Positions 39,685-50,516 of a stretch of DNA of 64,000 nt are shown one piece after another (within the stretch, counting starts at the first letter, position 1; the number at the start of each line of letters is the position of its first letter). This DNA comes from Methyloceanibacter sp. (GTDB lineage Bacteria > Pseudomonadota > Alphaproteobacteria > Rhizobiales > Methyloligellaceae), in contig JARFRF010000138.1 of the NCBI GenBank assembly GCA_029287395.1, positions 20,752 through 84,751 on the forward strand, given 5' to 3'. The translations under genes and the position numbers were made by a program. The notes beneath the pieces are model-generated. The model was not told the origin of the DNA, did no database searches, and saw nothing but the letters and a program-made list of their open reading frames with translations.

Positions 39685-41496
39685 CTAGTCCGCGTCCATC
39701 TTGAGGGCCGCGATGAAGGCTTCCTGCGGAATGTCGACCTTGCCAAAGCTACGCATCTTCTTCTTACCCGCCTTCTGCTTCTCAAGCAGTTTGCGCTTCC
39801 GAGTAATGTCGCCGCCATAGCACTTCGCGGTCACGTCCTTACGCAGCGCGCTGATGGTCTCGCGGGCGATGACCCTGCTGCCGAGTGCTGCCTGAATGGG
39901 GATCTTGAACATGTGGCGCGGGATGAGGTCCTTCAGCTTGTCGACCATGGCGCGGCCGCGCGCTTCGGCACGATCGCGATGGACGATGACTGATAGCGCG
40001 TCCACCGGTTCGCCATTCACCAGCATGGACATCTTCACAAGGTTCCCGGGCTCGTAGCCGGTGATGTGATAGTCGAAGGACGCATAGCCTCGCGTTACCG
40101 ATTTCAGCCGGTCGTAAAAGTCGAAGACAACCTCGTTTAGCGGCAGGTCGTACACAATCATCGCGCGGGCGCCAGCATAGGTGAGCTGCTTCTGTCGCCC
40201 GCGTCGGTCCTCGCAGAGCTTCAGCACCGCACCGAGATGCTCGTCGGGCACGAGGATGCTGGCCTCAATCCACGGCTCCTCAATCCGCTCTATTTTCTGG
40301 GGCTCCGGCATGTCGGCCGGGTTGTGGAGCTCCACCATTGTGCCGTCCGTGAGGAACACCCGGTAGACCACCGAAGGCGCGGTTGCGATGAGGTCGATAT
40401 TGAATTCGCGTTCCAGTCGTTCGCGGACGATCTCCAAGTGCAGCAGACCAAGGAACCCGCACCGAAACCCAAATCCCAGCGCGGCAGAGGTCTCCATCTC
40501 GAACTCAAAGCTCGCATCGTTCAGACGCAGCTTGCCCACGGCCTCGCGCAAATCTTCGAAATCACCAGAGTCGACGGGGAATAGCCCGCAGAAAACCACG
40601 GGCTGCGCCGGTTGAAAACCGGCGAGCGGCTCGGCAGTCGGCCGCTTCTCGTCCGTGACCGTGTCGCCTACGCGCGTGTCCGCCACTTCTTTGATCGCGG
40701 CGGTGAAGAACCCGATCTCGCCAGGCCCGAGCTTGTCGCGCATCTCCTGCTTCGGACGGAAAATGCCGCACCGATCGACCTGATACCCAGCACCGGTCGA
40801 CATCAGCCGGATTCGCTGCCCCTGGCGCAGCGTGCCGTCGATGACACGGACAAGGACCACAACACCGAGATACGCATCGTACCAACTGTCCACGAGCATG
40901 GCCTTGAGCGGGGCGTCCGGATCGCCTGTCGGTGCAGGCAGGCGCGTGACAATGGCCTCCAGGACGTCATCGACGCCAAGCCCCGTCTTGGCTGAAATCT
41001 CAACCGCATCCGAAGCGTCCAACCCAATCACGTCTTCAATCTGAGAACGGACTCGCTCCGGTTCGGCTGCCGGCAGATCGATCTTGTTGAGGACGGGTAC
41101 GATCTCATGGTCGTTGTCCAGCGCTTGGTAGACATTGGCCAGAGTCTGGGCCTCCACGCCTTGGGTTGCGTCCACGACGAGGAGCGATCCCTCACATGCC
41201 GCCAGTGACCGGCTCACCTCATAGGCGAAGTCCACATGGCCGGGCGTATCGATGAGGTTCAGTTCGTAGAGCTCGCCGTCCTTCGCTCGGTAGTCGAGCC
41301 GAACGGTCTGCGCTTTGATGGTAATGCCGCGCTCCCGCTCGATGTCCATCGAGTCGAGCACCTGCTCTTTCATCTCGCGCTCGGTCAGCCCGCCGCAGAG
41401 CTGAATAAGGCGGTCGGCCAGGGTTGATTTGCCGTGGTCGATATGGGCAATGATTGAGAAATTGCGGATCTTGGAGAGGGGCGTCGGCGCACTCAT
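39685..41496 (-). CDS. lepA: Translation elongation factor 4
   Basis: [58 protein letters not shown]. Confidence 0.99.
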   Translation of the reverse strand: MSAPTPLSKIRNFSIIAHIDHGKSTLADRLIQLCGGLTEREMKEQVLDSMDIERERGITIKAQTVRLDYRAKDGELYELNLIDTPGHVDFAYEVSRSLAACEGSLLVVDATQGVEAQTLANVYQALDNDHEIVPVLNKIDLPAAEPERVRSQIEDVIGLDASDAVEISAKTGLGVDDVLEAIVTRLPAPTGDPDAPLKAMLVDSWYDAYLGVVVLVRVIDGTLRQGQRIRLMSTGAGYQVDRCGIFRPKQEMRDKLGPGEIGFFTAAIKEVADTRVGDTVTDEKRPTAEPLAGFQPAQPVVFCGLFPVDSGDFEDLREAVGKLRLNDASFEFEMETSAALGFGFRCGFLGLLHLEIVRERLEREFNIDLIATAPSVVYRVFLTDGTMVELHNPADMPEPQKIERIEEPWIEASILVPDEHLGAVLKLCEDRRGRQKQLTYAGARAMIVYDLPLNEVVFDFYDRLKSVTRGYASFDYHITGYEPGNLVKMSMLVNGEPVDALSVIVHRDRAEARGRAMVDKLKDLIPRHMFKIPIQAALGSRVIARETISALRKDVTAKCYGGDITRKRKLLEKQKAGKKKMRSFGKVDIPQEAFIAALKMDAD

Positions 41497-41649
41497 GGAC
41501 GGCTACGTACGAGAGCAAACAGCTGAACGTCAAGTTGGGAGTATGACGCACTCTCAGCGCTGGGAACTGAGGCTGCAAGACAAGAGAGGCACCGCGCTCA
41601 GCGCGAGCCCCTTATATGGTTGTACCTGCGGCTGCTCAACGGTTCTGCG

Positions 41650-42261
41650 TCAGCTGCTCTTATCGCCCCAGATTTCAGCTAGGCGCTGGGCACGGCCGCA
41701 ATTCCATTTGTAATACTTGTAACTCACCGGGTTTTTCGTGTGATAGTCCTGGTGATACTCCTCCGCCGCAGTGAACGTGCTGGTTGGGCGGATTTCCGTC
41801 GCAACCTCTTTTCGAAAGCGCTTCGCAATGTCCTGCTTTGTCGTTTCCGCGAGCGACTTCTCTGCATCGTCGGAAACGAAAACGGCGGTCCTGTAGGCCG
41901 GCCCCTTGTCGCAGAACTGACCAATCGGATCGAACGGATCGATATTGCGCCAGAAATGATCCAACAACTCAGCGTAGGTCACTTTGGAGGGATCGTAAGT
42001 GACTTTGAGCGCCTCCAGGTGGCCCTTGTGGTTGGAATAGGTCGGGTTCGGCGAATTGCCGCCAGCGTAACCTGAGACGGTCTCAGTTACCCCATCGACC
42101 TTGTCGAACGCATCCTCTACGCACCAGAAGCAGCCGCCCGCGAAGATGGCGGTCTTTGTTTCTGCTGCGTTCTGCGCCACAGCTTCGTGGTTGTGCATGG
42201 CGACCACGAACAGGGCCAGAAAGGAGGCTGTAAGGCTGGCGAAAATCCATCGCGCGATCAT
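41650..42261 (-). CDS. msrA: Exported peptide-methionine (S)-S-oxide reductase MsrA
   Basis: Signal peptide, FAGGCFWC.E, SGY.GG, GQFCD.G..YR, AEEYHQDY. Confidence 0.92.
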   Translation of the reverse strand: MIARWIFASLTASFLALFVVAMHNHEAVAQNAAETKTAIFAGGCFWCVEDAFDKVDGVTETVSGYAGGNSPNPTYSNHKGHLEALKVTYDPSKVTYAELLDHFWRNIDPFDPIGQFCDKGPAYRTAVFVSDDAEKSLAETTKQDIAKRFRKEVATEIRPTSTFTAAEEYHQDYHTKNPVSYKYYKWNCGRAQRLAEIWGDKSS

Positions 42262-42401
42262 TGAACATCTCCACATTGTTGTCTGTAACTGACGATAAGG
42301 ACTCGTACGCAGGGGCGGTAGAGCCTCTCGCGCTTGTGTGATTGGAAGTGAAACAAGCTCATCACGTTGGAACTCGCGACGCAGCCGGGGTATTGAGAAT
42401 C

Positions 42402-44066
42402 ATGCAGCAGCCCGAAACTCTGTCCCTTGCCCGTATTGACATGCGGCCGTCTTACGACGTTGTCGTGGTCGGATCCGGATATGGCGGCGGTATCGCCGCA
42501 GCGCGACTGTCTCGCGCGGGCCAGCATGTCTGCGTCCTGGAGCGCGGCCGGGAAGTGCCTGTCGGCGGCTTTCCCTCGCGCTTGCCGGAGCTTCGACGCG
42601 AGCTTCAGGTCACCAACGGCGCAAAGCGCTCCGGGTCCAGAACGGGCCTATACGATGTGCGGCTCGGTTCCGACATCAATGTGGTCGTGGGCTGCGGTCT
42701 CGGCGGCGGTTCGTTAATTAATGCGGGGGTCGCATTGCACCCCGATGCGCGAGTCTTTGCGGATGAGGCTTGGCCCAATGCGGTCCGCGACGACGGGTTG
42801 CTCGAACTCGGTTTCGCACGCGCCTCGGCCATGCTGCGGCCGACCCGTCATGCGAGCGCGCCCTCACTTACAAAGTACCAAGCGCTGGAGGCGGCAAGCG
42901 GTGTCTTCGGGACGCCCCCTGTGACCGCGCCGGTCACCGTGAGTTTCGACGATACCGTCAACCCGGCCGGCATCGCACAAGCCGCGTGTACGCTCTGCGG
43001 CGACTGCTGTTCGGGGTGCAATGTAGGGGCGAAGAACTCCATTGCTGTGACGTATCTGGCCGATGCCAAAACACATGGCGCCGAGATCTTCACCGAACTG
43101 TCCGTCAGTTCCGTGGAAAAGCTGACATCCGGGTGGCGGGTGCACTTCCGTTCGACCGATGATGCCGAAGACGGCTCCTACGTCGATGCCAAGACAGTTT
43201 TTCTAGGCGCAGGGACATTGGGGTCCACGGAGATATTGCTGCGGTCTCGCGACCGCGGACTGAAGACGTCCGATCGACTCGGCTCTGGGTTCTCTGCCAA
43301 TGGCGACATCATTGCCTTTGCGCTCGGCGGACAGAACCGCGCTAATGCCGTCGGCGTCGGTCATCCCCCAAAGTTTGCAGAGGACCCCGTCGGCCCCTGC
43401 GTGGCGGGTCAGATCGAACTGCCTGACAATGCCGATCTAAGTGCCAGTATGATCATTCAGGAAGGCACCATGCCTTCCTCTGTCGCACCCCTTCTGCCGG
43501 TGTTTTTTGTAGCGGGCGGCCGCTTGCTGGGCGCAGCGCAGAGCCTCATTAAGGGCGTATACAAGGGCCCGCTTGCGCATCTGCAGAGCTTCTTCTGCGT
43601 CTCCCACGACGAGGCGCTCGGGCACCTCGTGCTCAAGGATGATGCGTTGGAAGTCGATTGGCCGGATGTCGCCAAGCAGGACGTTTATGCCCGCGTTGAT
43701 GCTGCGCTGACAAAGGCTGCAGAAGCGGTTGGCGGGCGCTACATCAAGAACCCGCTCGTCGCGACCAATATGGGAACGCGTCCTACGACAGCGCACCCGC
43801 TCGGCGGCTGTGGCATGGGGGAGGCCGCTGAAAGTGGGACGGTCAATCACAAGTGCCAGGTCTTTGCCGGTCCGTCGGGCGCCGAGACTCATGCGGGGCT
43901 CTATGTTTGCGATGGCTCGATCATACCGCGGTCGCTTGGCTGCAACCCTCTCCTGACGATCAGCGCCTTGTCCGAGCGAGCGATGGTTCACTTCGCGCGT
44001 GACCATAATTTGGGGTTCGATGTCGAACCAATTCGGGCCCGAGCCGAGCTCGAAACCACCGCATGA
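42402..44066 (+). CDS. GMC-family FAD oxidoreductase (cholesterol oxidase-like)
   Basis: VVVGSGYGG, LERG, GLGGGSLINAGV, C..CGDCCSGCN.GAKNS, AHPLGGC, NPLLTISAL.ER. Confidence 0.88.
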   Translation: MQQPETLSLARIDMRPSYDVVVVGSGYGGGIAAARLSRAGQHVCVLERGREVPVGGFPSRLPELRRELQVTNGAKRSGSRTGLYDVRLGSDINVVVGCGLGGGSLINAGVALHPDARVFADEAWPNAVRDDGLLELGFARASAMLRPTRHASAPSLTKYQALEAASGVFGTPPVTAPVTVSFDDTVNPAGIAQAACTLCGDCCSGCNVGAKNSIAVTYLADAKTHGAEIFTELSVSSVEKLTSGWRVHFRSTDDAEDGSYVDAKTVFLGAGTLGSTEILLRSRDRGLKTSDRLGSGFSANGDIIAFALGGQNRANAVGVGHPPKFAEDPVGPCVAGQIELPDNADLSASMIIQEGTMPSSVAPLLPVFFVAGGRLLGAAQSLIKGVYKGPLAHLQSFFCVSHDEALGHLVLKDDALEVDWPDVAKQDVYARVDAALTKAAEAVGGRYIKNPLVATNMGTRPTTAHPLGGCGMGEAAESGTVNHKCQVFAGPSGAETHAGLYVCDGSIIPRSLGCNPLLTISALSERAMVHFARDHNLGFDVEPIRARAELETTA

Positions 44067-45496
44067 GGATCCAAAGGCGGATGCGCCTTGCTGTCTACAC
44101 CACAGCCGTGCTCATGGCGTGCGTCGGATTTGCGAGTGAGGCGCGCGCCGAGATGGCGATCAGCGCTTGCGCGCCATCCGAATATACTGCCGCGATTGGC
44201 AGCGCACAGTCCTCGGCAGGTCCCAAAGGCAGCGGGGGACCAACGCAGCTCACGCTGCTGCTCGCCGGCGACACTGGTTTCAACCCGAAGGACGCACCCG
44301 TCAGTGCCACGGGCTTCACCAAAAACCGGCAGAGCCTCACCTATGCAGAGAGCCTGAGCGGCATCTCCGGAGAGGTGGACGGCGATCTGGCCTTCCTCAA
44401 TCTCGAGACCGTGGTGACGGACCGAAACGATCTGGAACCGGAAATGAAAGGGCAGACATCGCCCTACAATTTCCGAAGCCACCCGGCTGGGCTCAATGCG
44501 TTGGTCGGTACAGGGTTCAACCTCTTCTCCTTGGCCAACAATCATTCAATGGACTACGGCCCCACAGGCGCGGAGGAGACGCTCTATCATATGGCCGTCG
44601 CGAATGCGGCGAACGGGAAGGGTAAGGCAATCGCCTATGCCGGCCTTGGCGCCGACTTCGAGGAAGCAACCCGGCCGAGCTGTCTTGACATTGACGGCAT
44701 GAAGATCGGCTTCACCGCGACGGGGATCATTACCCGTCAGCAGGCTGAGCATCGTGCGGGAGAGGGAAAGCCCGGTCAGGCGGCCTACCGCCGTCGTGAC
44801 GACTTCGAAATTGTCGTTAATCGGCTACGTGAGCTTCCCGCTGACTATCGGATCCTATCTGTGCACTACGGCGTTGAAGGCCGTGTTGTACCGGACAAGC
44901 GTCAGCTCGACGATTGGCGGGACTTCGCGGCGCGGGAGAGGAGCATCGATCTGATCGTCGGACACCACCCCCATGTAGCCCAGGGTATCGAACGGGTCGG
45001 GAACGCTCTCATCTTTTATGGACTAGGCAATTTTCTCCACCCCGGCACGGCAGCGATGCAACGCTTCGGCATGTGCCGCGACTACGGGCTCATGGCAAAG
45101 GTGCATCTCGCGAAGTCGGGGGAGGACTGGACGGTCGGCGCAATCGAAGCAATCCCGATCGCCAACACTCATATCTGCCCGGAGCGTTTTTCGCCGCAAG
45201 AAGGCGCGCGCCGCATTTTTGCTCTGAACTATTTGGGGCGTCAGCTCGGGGACTCCGCAGGCGCCGAAGGCATCGCCTTCACGCCGCGCCGCGATGGGAC
45301 GGGGCTTTATTGCGGGGCGGGGTCCGAGTCGCTCGGAGGCAAAGTGGGCGCACTCTGCGCATCATGGACGCCCGCACCGCCAATTCCAGCACAGCTCGCC
45401 CCAAGTTTAGCGGACGCGTGCGCAGACAGGCCATTCTACGGCGCAGGCCGCAAGAAGAGGCGCAACAATACCATCTTCGGGTTCGGGCAGTTTTAG
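44063..45496 (+). CDS. CapA/PGA_cap-family metallophosphoesterase, exported
   Basis: AGD, NLET, LANNHSMDYG, SVHYG.E, GHHPHV, YGLGNF; ATGA overlap with the GMC gene. Confidence 0.88.
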   Translation: MRIQRRMRLAVYTTAVLMACVGFASEARAEMAISACAPSEYTAAIGSAQSSAGPKGSGGPTQLTLLLAGDTGFNPKDAPVSATGFTKNRQSLTYAESLSGISGEVDGDLAFLNLETVVTDRNDLEPEMKGQTSPYNFRSHPAGLNALVGTGFNLFSLANNHSMDYGPTGAEETLYHMAVANAANGKGKAIAYAGLGADFEEATRPSCLDIDGMKIGFTATGIITRQQAEHRAGEGKPGQAAYRRRDDFEIVVNRLRELPADYRILSVHYGVEGRVVPDKRQLDDWRDFAARERSIDLIVGHHPHVAQGIERVGNALIFYGLGNFLHPGTAAMQRFGMCRDYGLMAKVHLAKSGEDWTVGAIEAIPIANTHICPERFSPQEGARRIFALNYLGRQLGDSAGAEGIAFTPRRDGTGLYCGAGSESLGGKVGALCASWTPAPPIPAQLAPSLADACADRPFYGAGRKKRRNNTIFGFGQF

Positions 45497-45503
45497 CCGA
45501 GAC

Positions 45504-47915
45504 TTACCGAAGCATGCCGCCCGTCGCTTTTGCGACGCCTGCGACGACTTTCTCCGCCACCGCGTCGATCTCCTCGTCCGTCAGCGTCTTGTCGCGCGGT
45601 TGAAGGACGACCTCGATTGCGAGGGACTTCTTGCCCTCAGGAACGCCCCGGCCGGTGAACTCATCGAAGACATTGACGCTGGAGATCAGCGAACGGTCGG
45701 CACTTGAGGCCGCGCGAACGAGCACGGCGGCGTCCGTCTCTGCATCGACCAGGAAGGCGAAGTCGCGGGTGACCGCCTGAAGGTCCGAGGCGTCGAGCGC
45801 CGCCCTGGCCGTGCCCTTGGCCTTAGATGGCGGAAGATTGTCGAGATAGACTTCGAACGCGGCCATGGGCGCATCGGCATCGAGAGCGGCGAGCGTATCC
45901 GGATGGAGCTCCCCAAACACGCCGAGCATGACTTTGGGGCCAAGCTTGATGGCGCCCGACCGACCCGGATGAAACCAGTCCGGAGCCTCGCGCGTGATTT
46001 GCACCTTGCTCTGGTTGAGACCAAGCGCCTCCAATGCGGCGACAGCATCTGCCTTGACGGCCGACCAGCCGGCCTCTGGCGCTGCCCCCGACCAATGACG
46101 GCCTGCGCCATCGAGCGACGACTGCCCGAAGCGCACGCCGCTGGCCGAAGCAAACTGATCATCTGGCGAACGACCGTGATACGCGTTGCCGAGCTCAAAC
46201 AAGGCGCCGTCCGCAAGGCCGCGATCCCTGTTGCGCTTGGCAGCACTGATGAGGCCCGGCAACAGGCTCGGGCGCATCTGCGACAGCTCAGTGGAAATCG
46301 GATTATCTAAGGAGAGGTCGTCTTGGCCGCCGCCAAACTCCATAGCCTCGTTCTTCGGGATGAACGACCAGGTCACGGCTTCGACCAAGCCACGTCCGGC
46401 CAGAAGGCGGCGCACGGCACGGGACTTTTTCTGCGCGGGCGTCAGAACCGGTTTCGCCACCCCGGAAAGGCGCGGTAGCGGCGTGGCGGGGACACGGTCG
46501 ACGCCAGCAAGGCGCACGACCTCCTCCACGAGATCGGCTGGGATCGAAAGGTCCGGCCGCCACGACGGTGGCGCGGCTTTCCGTGTGTGCCCGCCGCCCT
46601 CCAGCTTAATGCCCAGAGCTTTCAGGATGCGTTGAATATCGCGCTCCGGCAGCAACAGACCGCTCAGGCGCTCAATCCGACGTATGTCGAAGCGGAACGG
46701 CGCATTCGCTTTTGGCGCTTGCCCCGCGACGGTGACCGTACTGGCCTCACCGCCGCATAGATCAAGCACCATTGCCGTGGCTTGCTCCAGCCCGGGCTCC
46801 ACCGATTGCGGGTCGACGCCTCGTTCGAAGCGGAAGCGCGCGTCCGAAATAATATTCAGTGTACGGCCGGTGCCTGTGGTGCGCTTCGGATCGAAATAGG
46901 CAGACTCGATGAAGACGTTCGTGGTCTCTTCGGTGCAGCCGGTCTCTTCGCCGCCCATGACGCCGCCAAGGCCGAGCACGGCGCGATCGTCGGCGATAAC
47001 GCACATCTCCTCGTCGACCTTATAGGATTTACCGTCGAGAGCCTCAAAGCTTTCGCCTGCTTTGCCGAGCCGCGCTCGGATCGCGCCGGACAGCTTGTCA
47101 GCGTCGTAGACGTGTAAAGGGCGCGCACGATCGTAGGAGATGTAGTTCGTGATATCGACGAGCGCGTTGATCGGACGAAGGCCGATTGCCCTTAGCTGTG
47201 CCTGCAGCCAGTCGGGGCTTGGTCCGTTCTTTACACCGCGCACCAGGCGGCCCGCGAAGACCGGACAGGCGTCTTTCGTCTCCGTATCGAACTCAAGTTC
47301 GATGGGAACGGGATTGTCGAACGTTCCTTTGATCGGCTTGACGGTGTCCTTTTTCAGCTTGCCGAGCCCGGCTGCCGCGAGATCGCGAGCCACGCCACGG
47401 ACGCCAAGGCAATCGGGACGGTTCGGCGTGATGGCGATGTCGAACACCACGTCATCAAGGCCGAGCGCCTTGGCTGCCGAGCTGCCCACGCGCGACGTCC
47501 TCGGGAGTTCGATAATCCCGGTATGTTCGTCGGAGAGTTCCAACTCGCGCTCCGACACCATCATGCCGGACGATTCAACGCCGCGAATCTTGGCCTTCGT
47601 CAGCGTGAAGTCGATGCCGGGCACATACGCTCCCACCGGCGCGAACACGCCTTTCATGCCGGCACGCGCATTGGGGGCGCCGCAGACCACTTGCAGCGTC
47701 TCCTTGCCCGTATTGACGCGGAGGACTTGAAGCTTATCGGCGTCCGGATGCTTTTCCGCCGAAACGACCTCGGCCACGCGAAAGTCTTCGAGCGCCTTGG
47801 CGGGATCGACGACCTCTTCGATCTCAAGCCCGATTAGGGTGAGCGTATCGGCGATCTCGTCGACGGACGCGTCCGTGTCGAGATGTTCCTTCAGCCATGA
47901 AAGGGTGAACTTCAT
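45504..47915 (-). CDS. pheT: Phenylalanine--tRNA ligase beta subunit
   Basis: MKFTLSWL, HPDADKL, VCGAPN, TPNRPDC, RFERGVD, RDFAF. Confidence 0.98.
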   Translation of the reverse strand: MKFTLSWLKEHLDTDASVDEIADTLTLIGLEIEEVVDPAKALEDFRVAEVVSAEKHPDADKLQVLRVNTGKETLQVVCGAPNARAGMKGVFAPVGAYVPGIDFTLTKAKIRGVESSGMMVSERELELSDEHTGIIELPRTSRVGSSAAKALGLDDVVFDIAITPNRPDCLGVRGVARDLAAAGLGKLKKDTVKPIKGTFDNPVPIELEFDTETKDACPVFAGRLVRGVKNGPSPDWLQAQLRAIGLRPINALVDITNYISYDRARPLHVYDADKLSGAIRARLGKAGESFEALDGKSYKVDEEMCVIADDRAVLGLGGVMGGEETGCTEETTNVFIESAYFDPKRTTGTGRTLNIISDARFRFERGVDPQSVEPGLEQATAMVLDLCGGEASTVTVAGQAPKANAPFRFDIRRIERLSGLLLPERDIQRILKALGIKLEGGGHTRKAAPPSWRPDLSIPADLVEEVVRLAGVDRVPATPLPRLSGVAKPVLTPAQKKSRAVRRLLAGRGLVEAVTWSFIPKNEAMEFGGGQDDLSLDNPISTELSQMRPSLLPGLISAAKRNRDRGLADGALFELGNAYHGRSPDDQFASASGVRFGQSSLDGAGRHWSGAAPEAGWSAVKADAVAALEALGLNQSKVQITREAPDWFHPGRSGAIKLGPKVMLGVFGELHPDTLAALDADAPMAAFEVYLDNLPPSKAKGTARAALDASDLQAVTRDFAFLVDAETDAAVLVRAASSADRSLISSVNVFDEFTGRGVPEGKKSLAIEVVLQPRDKTLTDEEIDAVAEKVVAGVAKATGGMLR

Positions 47916-47918
47916 TAC

Positions 47919-49004
47919 CTAGCTCAGCCCCCCAGCAAGGGTCGGCACGGATAGCGGAAGGAAGCCGTAGTGCTTAAGCCAGCGCAAATCCCCTGCGAAG
48001 AAGGCTCGCAAGTCAGGCGCACCGTATTTCAGCATGGCCAGCCGATCTATGCCGACGCCAAAGGCAAACCCTTGGTACTTTTTGGAATCGAGATCGACGG
48101 CATGAAGGACGTTGGGGTGCACCATGCCGCACCCAAGGATCTCTAGCCATTGATCACCCTCGCCGATGCGAATCTCGTCACCAACTTTCGCGTAGCCGAT
48201 ATCGACCTCCATCGAGGGCTCGGTGAAGGGGAAATGGCTGGCGCGGAAGCGCATCTTGACTTCGGGCACTTCGAAGAACGCTTTGCAGAATTCCTCCAGG
48301 ACCCATTTGAGATGACCGAGGTGGGTCTCCTCGTCGATCACCAGCCCTTCGATCTGGTGGAACATCGGTGTGTGGGTCTGATCGGAGTCGCAGCGGTACA
48401 CCCGGCCAGGTGCGATAATGCGCAGTGGCGGCTTATGGGCGAGCATGGTGCGAATCTGCACAGGGCTTGTGTGTGTGCGTAGGACCGGGCGGTCCCCGTC
48501 GGCGCCTTCACCGAAATAGAACGTATCGTGGTCCTGCCGCGCTGGATGCTCCGGCGGGATGTTGAGTGCGGTGAAGTTATTGAAGTCGGTCTCGATGTCC
48601 GGGCCTTCCGCAATCGAAAAGCCCATATCGGCGAAAATCTCAGTGAGTTCCTCGGTGACCTGACTAACCGGGTGTATGCGGCCCTCCGCCAATGGTCCTT
48701 CGCGCACCGGCAGCGTTACGTCCACACGTTCGCCGGCCAGCTTCGCGGCCGTGGCCGCACGCGCGAGCGTCGCGCGTTTTGCTTCAAGGGCCTCGGATAT
48801 CGCGACCTTTACCGCATTGACCGCCTGGCCGTAGCTCTTGCGCTCCTCTGGCGGCATCGAGCCGAGCCGCTGCATAAGGGCTGAAACGCGGCCCTTCTTG
48901 CCAAGCGCGCCCACGCGCACCTCTTCGAGGCCCGAAAGATCAGACGCAGACGCAATCGTCTCAAGCAACTCGGCCTTGAGGGTATCCAGCTCGGACGCGC
49001 TCAT
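47919..49004 (-). CDS. pheS: Phenylalanine--tRNA ligase alpha subunit
   Basis: [40 protein letters not shown]. Confidence 0.98.
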   Translation of the reverse strand: MSASELDTLKAELLETIASASDLSGLEEVRVGALGKKGRVSALMQRLGSMPPEERKSYGQAVNAVKVAISEALEAKRATLARAATAAKLAGERVDVTLPVREGPLAEGRIHPVSQVTEELTEIFADMGFSIAEGPDIETDFNNFTALNIPPEHPARQDHDTFYFGEGADGDRPVLRTHTSPVQIRTMLAHKPPLRIIAPGRVYRCDSDQTHTPMFHQIEGLVIDEETHLGHLKWVLEEFCKAFFEVPEVKMRFRASHFPFTEPSMEVDIGYAKVGDEIRIGEGDQWLEILGCGMVHPNVLHAVDLDSKKYQGFAFGVGIDRLAMLKYGAPDLRAFFAGDLRWLKHYGFLPLSVPTLAGGLS

Positions 49005-49069
49005 TGGGCTATTGCCGCCATGGGGCTGACGCCGTCATAGGTCTCGCTCCTTGCCAGCGAACTCGGGCC

Positions 49070-49426
49070 TTAAGCCCGGGCGGCAGTGGCAGCTTCGACC
49101 AACCCTTGAAAGGTCTGCGGCTCGCGAACGGCTATATCGGCCAGAACCTTCCGGTCGAGCTCGATACCGGCCTTCTTGAGACCATCGATGAACTGGCCAT
49201 AGGTCGAACCATGAGCTCGGGCGGCCGCGTTGATGCGCTGGATCCACAGAGAACGGAACGTACGCTTCCGCACCTTGCGGTCGCGATAGGCGTACTGGCC
49301 GGCCTTCTCCACGGCCTGCTTGGCGACGCGGATAGTGTTCTTACGGCGTCCATAATAACCCTTGGCCTGCTTAAGTACCTTGCGGTGACGGGCATGATTG
49401 GTGACGCCACGTTTTACACGGGACAT
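49070..49426 (-). CDS. rplT: 50S ribosomal protein L20
   Basis: [29 protein letters not shown]. Confidence 0.99.
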   Translation of the reverse strand: MSRVKRGVTNHARHRKVLKQAKGYYGRRKNTIRVAKQAVEKAGQYAYRDRKVRKRTFRSLWIQRINAAARAHGSTYGQFIDGLKKAGIELDRKVLADIAVREPQTFQGLVEAATAARA

Positions 49427-49461
49427 TGTCGGTGCTCCTTAGCGTTTCGTTGCGCCTAGCC

Positions 49462-49665
49462 CTAGCGGGCGTAGGGGAGAAAATTCTTCTTCACGACTTT
49501 TGCGTCTTCATCGGCGAGAACCATGGTTCCCCGCGCGTTCCGGATAAACTTATTGGACCGCTTGATCATGCCGTGACGCTTGCCGGCAGCAAGGCACTTC
49601 ACCTTGCCTCTGGCCGTGACCTTGAATCGCTTCTTGGCACCGCTCTTCGTCTTGAGCTTGGGCAT
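49462..49665 (-). CDS. rpmI: 50S ribosomal protein L35
   Basis: [17 protein letters not shown]. Confidence 0.98.
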   Translation of the reverse strand: MPKLKTKSGAKKRFKVTARGKVKCLAAGKRHGMIKRSNKFIRNARGTMVLADEDAKVVKKNFLPYAR

Positions 49666-49749
49666 TTTGCTTCCTTCTTTGGCAGGCGCTGGATGGTTCC
49701 AGGCCGGCGTTCTTAGAAAAATTTAGAATCAAGATGCTGGAAAGCATGA

Positions 49750-49781
49750 GAGCCGCCACGGCATGCCCTGCCGGGCGGCTC
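49750..49781 (-). promoter_or_regulatory. Hairpin in the rpmI-rplT leader (candidate cis-regulatory RNA)
   Basis: GAGCCGCC-CGGCA-GGGCA-TGCCG-T-GGCGGCTC, just downstream of a TTGCGC-N18-TATAAC promoter (49823-49794). Confidence 0.5.
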
Positions 49782-49843
49782 CTTAAACCGCGGGTTATAG
49801 AGGTAATTGCGCCTCGAGCGCAAGCGCTGTCGGCGGCATCTGG

Positions 49844-50380
49844 CTAACGCGGTGCCAACACCATCACCATCTGGCGCCCTTCCAGACGGGGCTCGGACTC
49901 CACCTTCGCGATGTCGAGCGTGTCTTCCTTAACCTTGTTGAGGAGCTGGACCCCTAGATCCTGGTGCGCCATCTCTCGGCCCCGAAAACGCAGGGTTACC
50001 TTGACCTTGTCGCCTTCTCCGAAGAACCGGTTCATGGACCGCATCTTCACGTCGTAATCGTGCGTGTCGATATTTGGTCGCATCTTGATTTCTTTGATCT
50101 CGACAGTGCGCTGCTTTTTGCGTGCTTCAGCGGCCTTTTTCTGCGCCTGATACTTATACTTGCCGTAATCCAGGATTTTGCAAACGGGCGGGTTTGTATT
50201 GGGCGAGATCTCGACAAGATCGAGCCCAGCCTCAGCTGCGCGCGCGAGCGCGTCTTCGATTTCGACGACGCCAACATTTTCGCCGGTTGCGTCAATTAGC
50301 TGGATTTGCGGAGTGTCAATTCCCTCGTTTGTGCGGGGGCCTCCCCGGTTGGGGGCGGTCTTCATGGGCCGTCTTGCGAT
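49844..50380 (-). CDS. infC: Translation initiation factor IF-3
   Basis: [30 protein letters not shown]; probable ATC start at 50380 behind SD AAGGAG. Confidence 0.97.
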   Translation of the reverse strand: MARRPMKTAPNRGGPRTNEGIDTPQIQLIDATGENVGVVEIEDALARAAEAGLDLVEISPNTNPPVCKILDYGKYKYQAQKKAAEARKKQRTVEIKEIKMRPNIDTHDYDVKMRSMNRFFGEGDKVKVTLRFRGREMAHQDLGVQLLNKVKEDTLDIAKVESEPRLEGRQMVMVLAPR

Positions 50381-50516
50381 GTCTTAGTCTCCTTCAATTT
50401 CGAAGCGCCCTCGCCGCGGCGAGGCGCGGGGCGCAACCATTAAACAAAGTTACAAGCGAAAAGTTCTACAAGAAGGGAGCGATGTCTGACAAGTCACACC
50501 GAAATAGGCCTTCGGA

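Noticed and set aside
50435-50453. CtrA boxes near infC and lptC (60893)
   Set aside because: Half-site spacing is 6 nt rather than TTAA-N7-TTAA.
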